From positions 32,001 through 96,000 of IMG/VR virus record IMGVR_UViG_3300027741_000022: a DNA stretch of 64,000 nt. One strand, written 5' to 3'. Source of the stretch: a virus. Below are positions 63,780 through 64,000 of this stretch, piece by piece. The position numbers and the translations under genes are program-made. The notes under the pieces were generated by a model. The model was not told the DNA's origin. It was given only the letters and a program-made list of their open reading frames with translations, and searched no databases. Numbering within the stretch: position 1 is the first letter of the stretch; each line of letters opens with the position of its first letter.

Positions 63780-64000
63780 ATGCGAATTTTAGCTCACAGC
63801 GGTAAAGCACATCAAGATGACTTCTTGGCAGCTTGTGTTTGCTGTTATAAACTTAATACAAAAGAAGTGTTTAGAGATGCTTATAAAGAAGAAGATTTAA
63901 TTGATCCGGATTGTTGGGTATTAGATCAAGGTAGAAAGTTTGAGCCAGAGCTGCACAACTTTGATCACCACCAAATAGAAGAAGAAATTTGCGCTTTTAC
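63780..64000 (+). CDS. MYG1-family (DHH-like) exonuclease, truncated by window edge
   Basis: Hand translation MRILAHSGKAHQDDFLA...LDQG..FEPELHNFDHHQ. Confidence 0.7.
   Translation, partial: MRILAHSGKAHQDDFLAACVCCYKLNTKEVFRDAYKEEDLIDPDCWVLDQGRKFEPELHNFDHHQIEEEICAF

Noticed and set aside
1-64000. Stop-codon reassignment as in some jumbo phages
   Set aside because: Genes tile densely under the standard code, and TAA, TGA and TAG all end genes at sensible boundaries.
1-64000. Diversity-generating retroelement, retron or group II intron
   Set aside because: No reverse transcriptase motifs or template/variable repeat pair were seen; the paralog similarity at 22228/22671 is diverged tandem duplication.

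Overview
This is an AT-rich, gene-dense fragment of a large tailed-phage (jumbo, T4-like) genome. Nearly all genes lie on the + strand and use the standard genetic code. I found no rRNA, tRNA, CRISPR array, terminase, capsid or tail genes. Recognisable genes are GMP reductase, a RuvB-like and two other AAA+ ATPases, an ATP-dependent DNA ligase fractured by a split intein with a free-standing Vsr-like endonuclease between the halves, UV-damage endonuclease, an HD hydrolase, an SF2 helicase, a WGR-ligase, a caspase-like protein, rIIA and rIIB-like genes, a GDP-fucose cluster (gmd with a full LAGLIDADG intein, and fcl), a MoxR-like/VWA pair and a sigma-70 factor. The most striking non-coding signal is an 18-bp element, consensus (A)GTTTCYTYBYGG-TACGCT, present 17 times. 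Every copy is on the + strand, intergenic and upstream of a start codon, and some are fused to stem-loops. It looks like a phage-specific promoter class or mobile promoter cassette. A second short motif (TA[A/T/G]ATA, 4-8 nt before the start codon) marks probable late genes, several with T4 capsid-targeting-like N-termini. The same hexamer sits in the loop of a hairpin that hides the ribosome-binding site of the homing endonuclease. Several proteins resemble Planctomycetota families, suggesting that host (inference from recall). All family calls come from motif recognition only; no searches were run.
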